This document shows positions 29,421-40,831 of a DNA stretch of 64,000 bases, in pieces. The stretch is from NCBI GenBank assembly GCA_020184695.1, contig JAANOX010000037.1, forward strand, positions 336,267 through 400,266. Direction: 5' to 3'. Each line of letters opens with the position of its first letter. Positions within the stretch are counted from its first letter, which is position 1. The notes under the pieces were generated by a model that was not told the origin of the DNA, searched no databases, and saw only the letters and a list, made by a program, of their open reading frames with translations. The position numbers and the translations under genes were made by a program. This DNA comes from Histomonas meleagridis 2922-C6/04-290x (Eukaryota; Protista; Parabasalia).

Positions 29421-30755
29421 ATGTCATGGAACCAGCGAAAAGAACTTCTAGATCAAATTGAGCAGCTGGTTGAAGATCCACAATATCCATTGGATGATCT
29501 TCTCATGATGAAAGAAATCAAATTTGCCATAAATCAACGAAAGCCAAAACTAATATATTTTTTATCAAATCATATTCTCGATTTATTTGACAGATCATTT
29601 TCTAACACTTATAGCGACGAAATCAAACAAACCAGTTTTTCTATTTTAGTTGGCAGTACCGATATAAAAAACAAAATATGTCATAGTACTGATTTTATAC
29701 AATATTTTCTAAATTTTTACAAAGATGGTAATACAAACAAAGATGAATTTTACATTACAATTCAAAACTTTGTTTCCAATTGTGGCATTATTTTCTTTCA
29801 AAATTTTCCAAATTGCAAATCTTACATGAAAGAATTTTTAACAGATTTAAAGTATTCCACATGTTATGAATTTTTTGTATATTTATTTTCATGGAGGTAT
29901 GATGAAGAAGTTCCTGATTTTTTAATGTCCATTGATGTTGATGAAATGTTATACGAATTAATCAAATCGGCGGACACAATTATCTCATTACGTGCCATGA
30001 ATTTACTTGTAGTGTTACTAATCGATGAACAATCCGGATCACCGATCATAACGAAACTTTCGAACATTGAACAAATCAAAGAAATATTTGAACTCGCGTT
30101 ACGTTCGACGATTAATGAGTTTTCGGAGAGCGCGTTTAATTACATTATATTATTAAGTAATCAATGCGATGACAACGATGAAGAAGAAGAAGAAGAAAAT
30201 AACGAAGAAGAAGAAAAAACGAAACGAATTAAAACATATAAAAAATCGACGTTTCAAAAGATCATCGAATTATTGACACAAAACATTCAAGAACTATGTA
30301 ATTATGTCCAAAAGGATCATTCATTCCAAGGGAATAAAAGGTATGCAGTTGAACTAATAACAACTGTTATATCGATACAAGATAATATCGAACCATATAT
30401 TTTGAATTTTGCCGATTTTTTATTGAGATTGTTTCTGGAATTAAAGACAAATAGTTTTTTGCATTTGTCTTATTTCGCTTTTTTTCAAACTATAACAAAA
30501 ATTAAAAGCTTTAATGAGTATATCATAAAAAATGATTATATGAACGTCATCTTAAATGTGCTAAAAAATAAGGATAATGTGTATGCATCTTATTGGGGAC
30601 ATATAACGCAAATTATAGAAATATTACGTCATATATTGAAAAAAGAAAAAGTAAAAACTTCGGATGAATGGAATAATATGATAAATGAGGAACTAATGCC
30701 AAAATTGAAGTTGTTGGCACAAAATGATATGCCATATATACAGATTGTACAGTAA
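29421..30755 (+). CDS. SIT4 phosphatase-associated (SAPS/PP6R)-like helical repeat protein
   Basis: N-terminal PLDDLL..EI..AI....KLIYFL and late YWGHIT.I motif resemble SAPS proteins; likely start MSWNQR. Confidence 0.6.
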   Translation: MSWNQRKELLDQIEQLVEDPQYPLDDLLMMKEIKFAINQRKPKLIYFLSNHILDLFDRSFSNTYSDEIKQTSFSILVGSTDIKNKICHSTDFIQYFLNFYKDGNTNKDEFYITIQNFVSNCGIIFFQNFPNCKSYMKEFLTDLKYSTCYEFFVYLFSWRYDEEVPDFLMSIDVDEMLYELIKSADTIISLRAMNLLVVLLIDEQSGSPIITKLSNIEQIKEIFELALRSTINEFSESAFNYIILLSNQCDDNDEEEEEENNEEEEKTKRIKTYKKSTFQKIIELLTQNIQELCNYVQKDHSFQGNKRYAVELITTVISIQDNIEPYILNFADFLLRLFLELKTNSFLHLSYFAFFQTITKIKSFNEYIIKNDYMNVILNVLKNKDNVYASYWGHITQIIEILRHILKKEKVKTSDEWNNMINEELMPKLKLLAQNDMPYIQIVQ

Positions 30756-31224
30756 TGTTATATATATAGTTTATGACAAAATTGTTTGTTATGAATTGTC
30801 TTATTTAAATAAAAATTATATCAGTTTTATTGTTGGTTTTTATTAACCAGTAAAAATTTTGTACGAATTCACTCAGACAATTCGAGTTGCACATGTATAT
30901 AAACATTTTTCGTTTTGATTTTTTAATGACATTCTAACAAGAATTCTTATGAATATCTCATTAAAAGCACGAGATGTGTATAATGTATTTTGATTTCCAT
31001 TTGAAAAGCAACCTAATATACATACTGTCCTTCCTAAATTTTTGTTATCTATCCCTTTGTAAATGTTTTACAATTTTCTTCTTTTAATCAGCACAATAAC
31101 CAAGATGTCCATCTTTATTGAAAATTGAAAGTATAGTGAAATTTGAATGCTTTTTGAGAGCGCTGTCAATTTCTCCTTCCATTCAATTTAAGTGGCCGAG
31201 CATTTATCTCAATTCACTTTATTG

Positions 31225-32043
31225 ATGTCTGGTGAAAAAATATATATTACAGAAGACCAGCTAGTTTATAAAATCATCAAGGTTGAAGGTACAGGTGAAC
31301 AACCTAAAAAAGGTCAAACAGTCCGTGTTCATTATACAGGTACACTTGAAAGCGATGGTAAAAAGTTTGATTCATCAAGAGATAGAAATGAACCATTCGA
31401 ATTCAAAATCGGTTCTGGTGTTATTGAAGGTTGGAGCCTTGGTGTTGCAACAATGAAAGTTGGTGAAAGATCCGAATTTCATATTGCTGCTAAGTATGGT
31501 TATGGTGATGCTGGTTCTCCTCCAGATATACCAGGAGGTGCCACATTAGTTTTTGATATTGAACTTTTATCAATTCCAATTACATATGATACAAAAGAAC
31601 AAGCTCTTGAAGCAGCAAACAAATTCTGCGATAAGGCTACTGAGTTCTTCCGTGGAGGAAAATTCGAAGAAGCAATTGCTGAATATAAAAATGCACTTGA
31701 TGCTGTTTCAAAGAAATATGGTGAAGACATCAACAAGATGAATACACGTGTTCAACGTAACTTATCTATTGCATATTATAGGGTTCAAAACTGGAAAGAA
31801 TCCCTAAATTACGCAGAAAAAGTTTTGAAAACAGATGCTAATGATGTCAAAGCATTACTTCGAAAAACAGAAGCACTCATTAATCTTGGAAATACAGAAG
31901 AAGCACGTAAAACTCTCGATAAAGGACTTGCTGTTACAAAGAATGATCCTGCATTCAAAAGTATGATCCCTAAGCTTGAAGCAGCAGAAAAGAAAGAACG
32001 TGCCAGAGAGAATGAGCTTTTCAAGAAAATGATGAGTAAATAA
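31225..32043 (+). CDS. FKBP-type peptidyl-prolyl isomerase with TPR domain
   Basis: VRVHYTGTL...[49 protein letters not shown], then three TPRs; Inr TCACTTT before ATG 31225. Confidence 0.95.
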   Translation: MSGEKIYITEDQLVYKIIKVEGTGEQPKKGQTVRVHYTGTLESDGKKFDSSRDRNEPFEFKIGSGVIEGWSLGVATMKVGERSEFHIAAKYGYGDAGSPPDIPGGATLVFDIELLSIPITYDTKEQALEAANKFCDKATEFFRGGKFEEAIAEYKNALDAVSKKYGEDINKMNTRVQRNLSIAYYRVQNWKESLNYAEKVLKTDANDVKALLRKTEALINLGNTEEARKTLDKGLAVTKNDPAFKSMIPKLEAAEKKERARENELFKKMMSK

Positions 32044-32139
32044 AATCGAAACTTTGTGAAACTTAAATTTTTCTTTTTAACGGTGGACATTATTAAACGT
32101 ATTTTGATTTTTGTGATTTAAAATCTTAAAATTTGTTTT

Positions 32140-35100
32140 ATGTCTGATTCGAGTAGTTTCATCACTGAATCAGATGATAGTAAAAGTACATATCGAAAGG
32201 AGATTCCACAGCCTATCGAACAAAATATTGATGTACCAATTACACCAATAATGTCAACACAATTTCCACCATTTTCATATTTTTTTGTTGTTATTACTAA
32301 AGCAATTAATCTCCATGGGTGTTCCAAGCAAACGCTTTATTTATTAATTCGTACACATCCAAAAGTTAGGCCTATAATGACACCAAATGCTTGGTGTGAT
32401 GAATCAGAAGTCATTTTTAATTGCGGATATTCTCTAGATTTTACCAGTTTAAGCAATTTTTCACTTGGTGATTTTACGCCAGTTGTCGAATTATATTCTC
32501 GTTTATCAACAAAAAAGTCACAACTTATTGGAATCTCATTTCTTCCATTAAAAGTACTTAAAACAATTACTGTATATGACAAACCACTTACATTTATTTA
32601 TTATAACACGCCAATTGAATTGAAAGATGTTTCCACATTACGAACTATAGGCACAATATATTCCACAATAGCATTTGGTGAATATGAACATCAAAATCTT
32701 CTTGATCCTAATTCGCCAGCCTTTTCTAAGATTAATCTTTTTGATCACAAAATTATATCTCGCAATGAATCATCATCAGATTATTCTTCAAGTGAATATG
32801 ATAGCGATTATTCATACAGTGATTATAGTGATGATGAAGATTGGATATTAATTGCGAAGAAGAAAGGATGGTATAAACCAGGATCAAGTGGAAGATGGAA
32901 AGAACATGCATTATCTAAAGGATGGACAGCTCCGAATTTAACAAGTTTTTATACAGTTGGAATAGAATGTGATATCGAAGGAATAAATTCACGTGCGAAT
33001 AATTCGGTTCAAGTTGATTTAGACTTAAATGATATCAATGATTATTTAAATGAATTCGAAGATACTTCACAACAAATTGAAATAGTTAAAGAAGATATAA
33101 ATAATTTGTTTTCAAACCATTCATTACAAATTGAAGAACAAAATATTTTTTCGTCTGATTCACTTAAATCTAAAACTAAAAAGTTTTCGTTAAAGAAATT
33201 TATTATATTTTCTACTGAAAATGATAATGGGAAAAATGATAAAACATATTCTTTTAGTTCATACAATGAAATTAATATTATTAAAGATGAAAATAATCAT
33301 AAAAAAGAAGAAAACATTAAAATTTATTCAGTAAGTTCCGACAATAGAACAGAATTAAAAATATTAATTTCAAATGATGAAAATGAGATTTCAAATCATG
33401 AAGAAGATGATAATGATTCAAATACACTCGATGAAGTTTTAAGCATTGAAGAACTTAGTTTTTCTGATTCATTTACATTTGGCTTTAAGAAACAATTTCT
33501 TTCAAGTGATAAATCCGATTCTTCTTCAAAAGAAAATATTAGAAATAATTCAGAAAAGTCAAAGCAAAATAACAAAAAGTCTAAGTCGGAAAGTGATAGC
33601 GGAAGTGTTCTTGATATCACAAACATTGCGGAATTTGACTCTTCCGAAATTTCGATGCGAAATAAAACTTCGAAACATGATTCAACAATTGGCTCTAAAA
33701 ATGAAGAAGCGAAAAGTGATAAAAACAACGAAAAAACTGAATTAGAGAAAGTAAGTGACATCAGTTCATCGGAATTTACTAAAAGTCCCGATAAATCTTC
33801 AACGAAAAATAATACAATTCAAAATTCGGAAAGTATTAAATTATCTGTTACTTCGAATGCTGACAAAAGTATTAACAAAGAACTTTCAAATGATTCAAAC
33901 AATGATAAAGTAAATGAAAATAATAAAAATTCGGAAAGAATAAAATTATCGATAAGCAATGATAAAAATGAATTGTCAAATGATCCAATTAAATATGAAA
34001 ATAATAAAACTTCAGATGAAATAAAAATATCTGTTTCAACGGATAATGATAAAAATAATAAAAAAGAATTGTCAAATGATCCAATTAAATATGAAATCAG
34101 CAAAATAGAAAAAGAAAACCAAAAAGTTTCGGATATTTCTAAAATATCCACAGTTACCACAAGTAAAAGTAACAGTAAATCTTCGAATGATCCAATTAAA
34201 TATGAAATTAGTAAAATAGAAAAAGAAGATCACAAAGTTTCAGATGAAATAAAAATATCTGTCTCATTAGACAATGAAAACAGTAATAAAAAAGAATTGT
34301 CAAATGATCCAATTAAATATGAAATCAGTAAAATAGAAAAAGAAAACCAAAAAATTTCGGATATCTCCAAAATATCCACTGTTACCACAAGCAAAAGTAA
34401 CAGTAAATCATCGAATGATCCAATTAAATATGAAATCAGTAAAATAGAAAAAGAAAACCAAAAAATTTCGGATATCTCCAAAATATCCACTGTTACCACA
34501 AGTAAAAGTAACAGTAAATCTTCGAATGATCCAATTAAATATGAAATTAGTAAAATAGAAAACACAGAAAAAGAAAACCAAAAAAATACCGAAAATCAAC
34601 AAATTTCAGATCCAATCATAAATGGAACATTTGATAGTTATTTATCTGATAGTTTAAATGATATTTTAAGTATTTCATCCAAACACTCTAAAAATTCCGA
34701 TTCCAATTCATTCACTAATCAAAAAGAAAATGAAAATAGTAATTCGAGCATTTTAAATTCAAGAAAAACACTCAACAAAAGCAATAAAACAAATGAATCA
34801 TATGTAACTGAAATAAAGTCATTAAGTGAAGAAAGTAATAGTATTTCTTCATTCGAATCATCTATTAGTGGGAAAACTGATTTAGACTTTAATAAAATTA
34901 TACCAAACGAAAATGATAAGAAAAGAAAACAAAAATCAGAAAAACTTCGCAAAGAATTTAAATCGTTAAGTGACGAAATCCTAAAAATTTCATTGGAATC
35001 AGATAAAAATAACAAAACTTCAGAAAATAAAACACCAAATTTGTCAATAGACTCTTCTTCTGATATCAGTGTTTCAAGTGATTTCGCAGATGGAGAAATT

Positions 35101-35217
35101 AAGCCAATTGAGCCGCTGGATGACATAGATGAAATATCTTTGCACGCAATCAATTTGAGTAATATGAAGTCAAATTCAGAAAGTGAATCAGAATCTTATG
35201 ACCCAAATGTATTTTAG
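32140..35217 (+). CDS. Hypothetical protein: N-terminal C2-like domain, Trp-rich motif and long S/N/K/E-rich repeat tail
   Basis: 1025-aa ORF; YLLIRTHP...FTPVVELY...LIGISFLPL resembles a C2 fold; internal repeats are listed separately. Confidence 0.7.
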   Translation: MSDSSSFITESDDSKSTYRKEIPQPIEQNIDVPITPIMSTQFPPFSYFFVVITKAINLHGCSKQTLYLLIRTHPKVRPIMTPNAWCDESEVIFNCGYSLDFTSLSNFSLGDFTPVVELYSRLSTKKSQLIGISFLPLKVLKTITVYDKPLTFIYYNTPIELKDVSTLRTIGTIYSTIAFGEYEHQNLLDPNSPAFSKINLFDHKIISRNESSSDYSSSEYDSDYSYSDYSDDEDWILIAKKKGWYKPGSSGRWKEHALSKGWTAPNLTSFYTVGIECDIEGINSRANNSVQVDLDLNDINDYLNEFEDTSQQIEIVKEDINNLFSNHSLQIEEQNIFSSDSLKSKTKKFSLKKFIIFSTENDNGKNDKTYSFSSYNEINIIKDENNHKKEENIKIYSVSSDNRTELKILISNDENEISNHEEDDNDSNTLDEVLSIEELSFSDSFTFGFKKQFLSSDKSDSSSKENIRNNSEKSKQNNKKSKSESDSGSVLDITNIAEFDSSEISMRNKTSKHDSTIGSKNEEAKSDKNNEKTELEKVSDISSSEFTKSPDKSSTKNNTIQNSESIKLSVTSNADKSINKELSNDSNNDKVNENNKNSERIKLSISNDKNELSNDPIKYENNKTSDEIKISVSTDNDKNNKKELSNDPIKYEISKIEKENQKVSDISKISTVTTSKSNSKSSNDPIKYEISKIEKEDHKVSDEIKISVSLDNENSNKKELSNDPIKYEISKIEKENQKISDISKISTVTTSKSNSKSSNDPIKYEISKIEKENQKISDISKISTVTTSKSNSKSSNDPIKYEISKIENTEKENQKNTENQQISDPIINGTFDSYLSDSLNDILSISSKHSKNSDSNSFTNQKENENSNSSILNSRKTLNKSNKTNESYVTEIKSLSEESNSISSFESSISGKTDLDFNKIIPNENDKKRKQKSEKLRKEFKSLSDEILKISLESDKNNKTSENKTPNLSIDSSSDISVSSDFADGEIKPIEPLDDIDEISLHAINLSNMKSNSESESESYDPNVF
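33976..34580 (+). repeat. Coding tandem modules beginning SNDPIKYE (six units; 37-aa A type and 32-39-aa B type)
   Basis: Order B', A, B, A, A, partial; near-identical DNA in the A units (111 bp). Confidence 0.9.
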
Positions 35218-35641
35218 AAATAATTTCCGCAGCACATGTTATAAAAAGTTTATATGTAAATAAATTATTTTATATTTTTTTCTTCTTATGTTAATATTTG
35301 CTATCGTATTTTTTAAAAGAATGTTTTCTTCTTTTATAATGATTAACCAAATTTCAAATTTTGTTATGATATATAGCTCTTCCTTAATGGTTACCAATGA
35401 TGATGAATCCCTTTCTAACTTTGTTATTAGATCATGGATAAGATCTACTATGTTGCAAAAAATACTACAATATTCAATGTTCAAAAAACAATATTGTTAT
35501 ACCCTACGTTAGTCTATGGATCACCTCTCATATGACGATCAAATTGTTCTGAAAATAATATTAATAAAAAGTGCAGATTGGGGTGCTCCAGTGTCTCTGG
35601 AAATGGGGCATACCAAATAGCTTAAGAATTGTTTCTCATAA

Positions 35642-36523
35642 ATGGCAACAAAAAATATTGATTCCCGACGTGACATTTGGGGCGCTCTTATAAGTGAGTC
35701 AACTGACGATAAAGTAGCCATTCTTTCAAATGAAAAACAATTTTTATTTATTGGAAGTGAAAAGTGTGGAAAATCTTCAATACAAAATGCATTTTTTAAT
35801 AGAAGCGATGAACCAAATCCAACACTTGCATTGTCATACCAAAGTGCCACACTTCAATCTCAAGAATTGACTAAGATTCTTCATTTTTGGGAACTAGGCG
35901 GTGGAAGCAAACTAGAGCCTATCTTGGACACTATAGTAACAGAAGAAAACCAGCTCAATTTTGTAATATTTATTTGTTTCGACATTTCAAAAAACTTGTC
36001 AATACTCGAAGCAACAGAGTGGCTCCCTAAAATCATGCGCAGATTTAAAAAAGGTTATTCAAGCGCCTTTTTAATTGGAACTCACTATGAAGATTTTGAA
36101 AACAAAGATCCATCCAGCAAAGGCAAGATAATTTCTGGTCTTAGGTCGCTTGCATATCAGTATGGCACTGGACTCATATTATTTTCCAACAAAAATGATT
36201 TTCTCATATCAAGATTTAAAAAACTTATCAAGTCTCTTGTTTTACCTGACGTCAAAAGGCCAGACCCAGTTACAACGCATACAGGACCCACACTTATTTA
36301 CCAAGACAATGACGACGAAGCGCCAGGAACCGAAGTTGCAGGGCAATTTTTGGCCTCATTGAAAATTGAATCAGATAAAGAAAAAAGTGACAACCCGAAA
36401 ACCGTCGACCTTCGAGTTGATGATGAAGTTTTTGCGGAAGAAGAAATTGATAAACTTGTTCAAACTAATGAAAAAGAGCTTGACGAAAAAATTAAGCTTC
36501 TTCAAGCAAGTATAAATGATTGA
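35642..36523 (+). CDS. DYNC2LI1: Cytoplasmic dynein-2 light intermediate chain (retrograde IFT)
   Basis: LFIGSEKCGKSS, PTLALSY and HFWELGGG match the DYNC2LI1 GTPase-like domain. Confidence 0.8.
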   Translation: MATKNIDSRRDIWGALISESTDDKVAILSNEKQFLFIGSEKCGKSSIQNAFFNRSDEPNPTLALSYQSATLQSQELTKILHFWELGGGSKLEPILDTIVTEENQLNFVIFICFDISKNLSILEATEWLPKIMRRFKKGYSSAFLIGTHYEDFENKDPSSKGKIISGLRSLAYQYGTGLILFSNKNDFLISRFKKLIKSLVLPDVKRPDPVTTHTGPTLIYQDNDDEAPGTEVAGQFLASLKIESDKEKSDNPKTVDLRVDDEVFAEEEIDKLVQTNEKELDEKIKLLQASIND

Positions 36524-36559
36524 TATTTCTTGCGAATAGTTGAATATTCAAAATTTTCA

Positions 36560-37262
36560 TCTGAACATCAATAAATTGAAGATTTGTACATTCTAAAAAT
36601 GGATTTCCAATTGAAGTAACAGAACTTGGTATATAAATATTCACAAGGTTTGAACATCCTCTGAATGCATCAGATCCAATACTTCGTACTCCACATCTAA
36701 ATTTTTTGTTTCAAGTCCTGTACATTTGTAAAATGCGTTACCACCAATGCTATTACAACGAATTGTAACATTAATTAATGAAATACTTCATAAAATGCGC
36801 CATCTCCAATTTCACTCATTAATTTTTCTGGAAATTGTACATATTTTATTTTTTTGCATGATGCAAATGCTCCACTATTTATAGTTTCAACTGACTCTCC
36901 AATTATTAGTGATGTTAATAAAGGCCATTCTCTGAACACATTACTTTCAAGCTCTCCAACATTAATAATTATAACACGTTCTGTAACATTCATATAATCT
37001 TTTAAAAAATCATTGAAATTAGATATTGTGAGAGTTTTGTCTCTTCGTCATATGATTGCTTTGTATTAACAAAAAATATAATTAATAAAATTGGAATAAC
37101 TTCGTTTTTTTGATGAATGCTTTTCTGATTAAAATAAATTTTGAAAAATAAAGTAAAAACAAAAAATATAAATACGAACAAAGTTGTATTTGCATATGCG
37201 GAAGTAATAACTGCATTAAATATCTTTGGTATATTTTTAAGAATATTATTGTTAAAATTCAT
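36560..37262 (-). pseudogene. Frameshifted, truncated BspA-like gene
   Basis: Hydrophobic leader (37002-37262) followed by TpLRR frames (LIIGESVETINSGAFASCKKI, IGDGAFYE, IGGNAFYKC) broken by frameshifts. Confidence 0.75.
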
Positions 37263-37302
37263 TGATAAATAACATTGATAACTTTCATTAAAATGATATG
37301 TA

Positions 37303-38575
37303 TAGGGGGTGGAAAAAGTCCGTTCGTCAGCTGATTTATATTAGATATTAATGAAATCAAATTATATAAATAAAATTTATAATAAATATATTATCATTAT
37401 TATGATAATACTTTTTTCCAAGTAAATATGATGCATGAAGTAAAACTACTTTTTTTCATGATACCCTCGAAAAAGAACGTTTAATCATTTAAATGTCAGT
37501 TCCAATTGAGGAATTACGTTCTGTTGTCCATTTTCTTTAGTTAGAATCAAATGAAAATCAAGACATATATAGGCGATTATGTGCTGTATATGGTGATAAT
37601 ATTATTACACTTCGAACAGTTCAGAAATGGACAAAAAAGATGAATGAACATACCTTCTCAATTTTCGAACAGAAAAAAACAGGGAGACCAAGAAGATCAG
37701 ATTTAGATCAAAGAATAACCAGTTTTATATTAAGTTATCCATATGCATCGACGAAGAAAAATTGCGAAGAATGTAGGCGCAGATCCAAAAAAACAGTGAA
37801 AAAAATATAATGATTAATATTTTAGGGATGAAAAAAGTTAACTTCAAATGGATCCCACATAAGTTGACTCCAGAAATTAAAGCCAAAAGAGCTGCCATTG
37901 CTTCTGAATTATTTGAATTCCATTCTAGTTCAAATGACTACAGACTAAGACACATATTGACGCAAGATGAAACCTGGATTTATTTTGTTAACGGGAGAAA
38001 CTCGATGTGGATTGAATCTGGAGTGCAAAAACCATACAAACCCAAACAACCTATTGCCTCCAAAAAAGTAATGATATCTGTTATATGGTCTATAACTGGT
38101 ATCAAATCAATAACAATGCTCCCGTTAGGCCAAAAATTTAATCGAATTTTTTTTCTGAAGTTGTACTTGGAGATTTGGCAAAAAGAATTTCAACGAAGGG
38201 ATATTTTTTGCATATGGATAACGTACGGCCTCATTTGGTTCATGAAAAATTGAATGAATCGGGGATTAAAAGACTTCCGCAACCCTCGTTTTCGCCAGAC
38301 CTCGCACATTCTGACTTTTTTCTGTTCGGATATCTAAAAAAAATGCTCGAATATGAGGAGTTTGAAAATGAAGATCAACTTTTTCAAAAGGTCGAAACAT
38401 TACTGTATAATATTCCTAAAGACATCTTCAAAGCCGTATATAATGAATGGATGAACAGACTTTTAATTACAATTGAAACTCAAGGTGAATACACATCATA
38501 ATAAATAAACAAAATTTCTTTTACTTTTTTATTCATTAAAAAAAAGGCTGACGAACGCACTTTTTCCACCCCCTA
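37303..38575 (+). mobile_element. Complete Tc1/mariner (mariner-like) DNA transposon, 1273 bp, decayed
   Basis: 29-bp TIRs TAGGGGGTGGAAAAAGT(C/G)CGTTCGTCAGC at 37303-37331 and 38547-38575 with one mismatch; TA on both sides (TATA makes the exact end ambiguous by 2 bp). Confidence 0.95.
37493..38501 (+). pseudogene. Mariner transposase pseudogene (DD31D)
   Basis: N-terminal HTH (LCAVYG...RTVQKW, GRPR), WIPHKLT, TQDETW, HMDNVRPH and FSPDLAHSDFFLF; TAG at codon 16 and frameshifts near 37760-37810 and 38155. Confidence 0.93.
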
Positions 38576-38782
38576 TATTATGTAGGATATCAAAGATTAC
38601 AGTCATTTTAAAAATATGAAATTACTAATTTGGAGAAATGAAATACTTAAAGCCTATTCTATTGTTATTAAGAGAATTGTTGAATGAAACCCATTGTGAT
38701 AAATGATTTATGTTGTTTGCCATTTGCTAGTAATAAATAGGAAAATAAGATATTAAATAAATAAAAATAAATAATGATGTTT

Positions 38783-40012
38783 TTATACATCAGATAAACT
38801 TCCAGATTTTGACCAAAACTTCTTGTATACAATAGCTCCCACAACAGCACCAAGAGCTACGATAACTACAACCACAACTCCGATTATTAGACCTGTTTTC
38901 GAACTTTTATTCTCATCAGAAGAAGCTGTAGGGACATCAGAAATATTCGTAGAAGGTTTTCCTGTGTCTTTGTGCTCGGTTTTTTCTGGTTCATCTGGAT
39001 CAGAAGTCGCTATATAAGGATCAAATGTATTATCTTCTTTTGCCTCTCCCATTACTTTTTCAGGAATATCATCAGTATTTAAGAAATTCTTTGATTTTGG
39101 GGATGCTATAAGATTTATTTTTAATTTCGAATCTTCCCATTTATTTTTATCGAATTCAAATTTAACAACAGGAGCTCCTGTTGTTGAGAAATAATTATCC
39201 TTTACCACAATATCCATATCATCAGGATCTAAAAAGCCAAAAAGAATTGAAGAGAAAGGATCATCAAAATGTATATCTATTGTAGAATCTTCTTTACAAT
39301 TCTTTTCTAAAGTCATTTTAATTTGTGAATCAACTTTTGACGAAAATGGACTAACAACAATACCAACATTATCTTTATAATTGATTGGACGTGATTCAAG
39401 CAAAAATTTCTCTTCATCAACTTTGATTTCTAGAGGTGGTAATAAATAAAGTTGTTTTTGTGTAGCTTCTATATTTTTGAAACTATCATCATTTGATTTT
39501 GTGATAACTCTATTAGATTTAACTTTTCCACCTTCAAATGAAGAAACAAAAATTGTGTCAGCTGTAAAATCTCCATCGAAAATAGTATGACTATTAAAAA
39601 CAATGGTAGGAATTGTTTTTGATACATCTGCACTTTTTACATATAAGTTTGTGGATGAACCGAGAATATGAATTCCTAATTTTGGAATTGATACTTTAGA
39701 AAGATCAAGAACATTATTCTTGTTATCTTCTAAAATAAGTATAGCTGCTGATTTGGCGCCAGAAAGATCTTGATCAATATTACTTAAGTCTTTCAATTCT
39801 TTGTTAATAGAGATTTTTTCACATGTATCAACAAATGATTTAACTTTTTTACATTTTTCATCATCTCCCTTATCTTTGCAATTAGAATCATATTGTTCCA
39901 TTAATTTGGTTATAATGGGATTCGCATTTTTTTCCCCTCCATAAAGAATTATTCTATGATTGGGTTTCTCTTTTTCATCGCATATGATTGAATAGATGAA
40001 AAGAAGAATCAT
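38783..40012 (-). CDS. Type I single-pass surface protein, uncharacterised family (tandem paralogue 1)
   Basis: MILLFIYSIICD leader, C-terminal TM (LIIGVVVVVIVALGAVVGAIVY), tail ending LSDV. Confidence 0.8.
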   Translation of the reverse strand: MILLFIYSIICDEKEKPNHRIILYGGEKNANPIITKLMEQYDSNCKDKGDDEKCKKVKSFVDTCEKISINKELKDLSNIDQDLSGAKSAAILILEDNKNNVLDLSKVSIPKLGIHILGSSTNLYVKSADVSKTIPTIVFNSHTIFDGDFTADTIFVSSFEGGKVKSNRVITKSNDDSFKNIEATQKQLYLLPPLEIKVDEEKFLLESRPINYKDNVGIVVSPFSSKVDSQIKMTLEKNCKEDSTIDIHFDDPFSSILFGFLDPDDMDIVVKDNYFSTTGAPVVKFEFDKNKWEDSKLKINLIASPKSKNFLNTDDIPEKVMGEAKEDNTFDPYIATSDPDEPEKTEHKDTGKPSTNISDVPTASSDENKSSKTGLIIGVVVVVIVALGAVVGAIVYKKFWSKSGSLSDV

Positions 40013-40831
40013 TAAAAATGAAATGATGAGATAGTTTTTTTATAAAAAAAACATTATTTTTATACGAAAAAACCCCACAGAAATTTTTATGTTGGTTATT
40101 TTTGTTGATTTTTTATATGATTAAGTTCAACACCAATATTTACTTTGATGTATGTGAATATATTTTATTAAATATACAATGAAATATTTTGTTTTGCTTT
40201 TTATGTGGTTTTAAATAAGCTTGAGAATTAACATTATATCATACAATTAAATTAGTTTAAAATGAGATATTATATATATATATTGACGCATCATTTTAAC
40301 ATTCATAAAGATATCTTATTTGATTTAACCTTAAAAATTAAGGTCAATATGTTAATATACTAATTAAATGATGTATTTTATATATTTTTATTGCTAACTT
40401 TATTATGGAGTAATATAAAATTTAATAAATAACATCAATAATATAATAAAGAATCAGAATCTTTTAATTTAATAAAAAAAAAATCCTCATATTTATTATA
40501 TCATAAATATTTATTTTATTATAAAAAATGAACTTTTATATCAAACTTGATAGGATTACATACAACTGTTTAACATCTCAGGAGGAGCTGTCTTACATAA
40601 GGAAAATAATTCAGGGCCTCTCCTGCAGAACCCCTCTAAATTGCATACAAGGTACTCACCATCCTGGAATAAATTTCTCCCCTTATGATTACTGTTTACA
40701 CCTCTCAAAATGCCATTCTACAACCATACACTCCGTTCCTTATTCTTCACTCTGGCCAAAAAAAATCTTTTTTAACACATTATCAAATTATTCAAAGCTC
40801 AAAACAAATTTTTAAATAATTAATGATGTTT

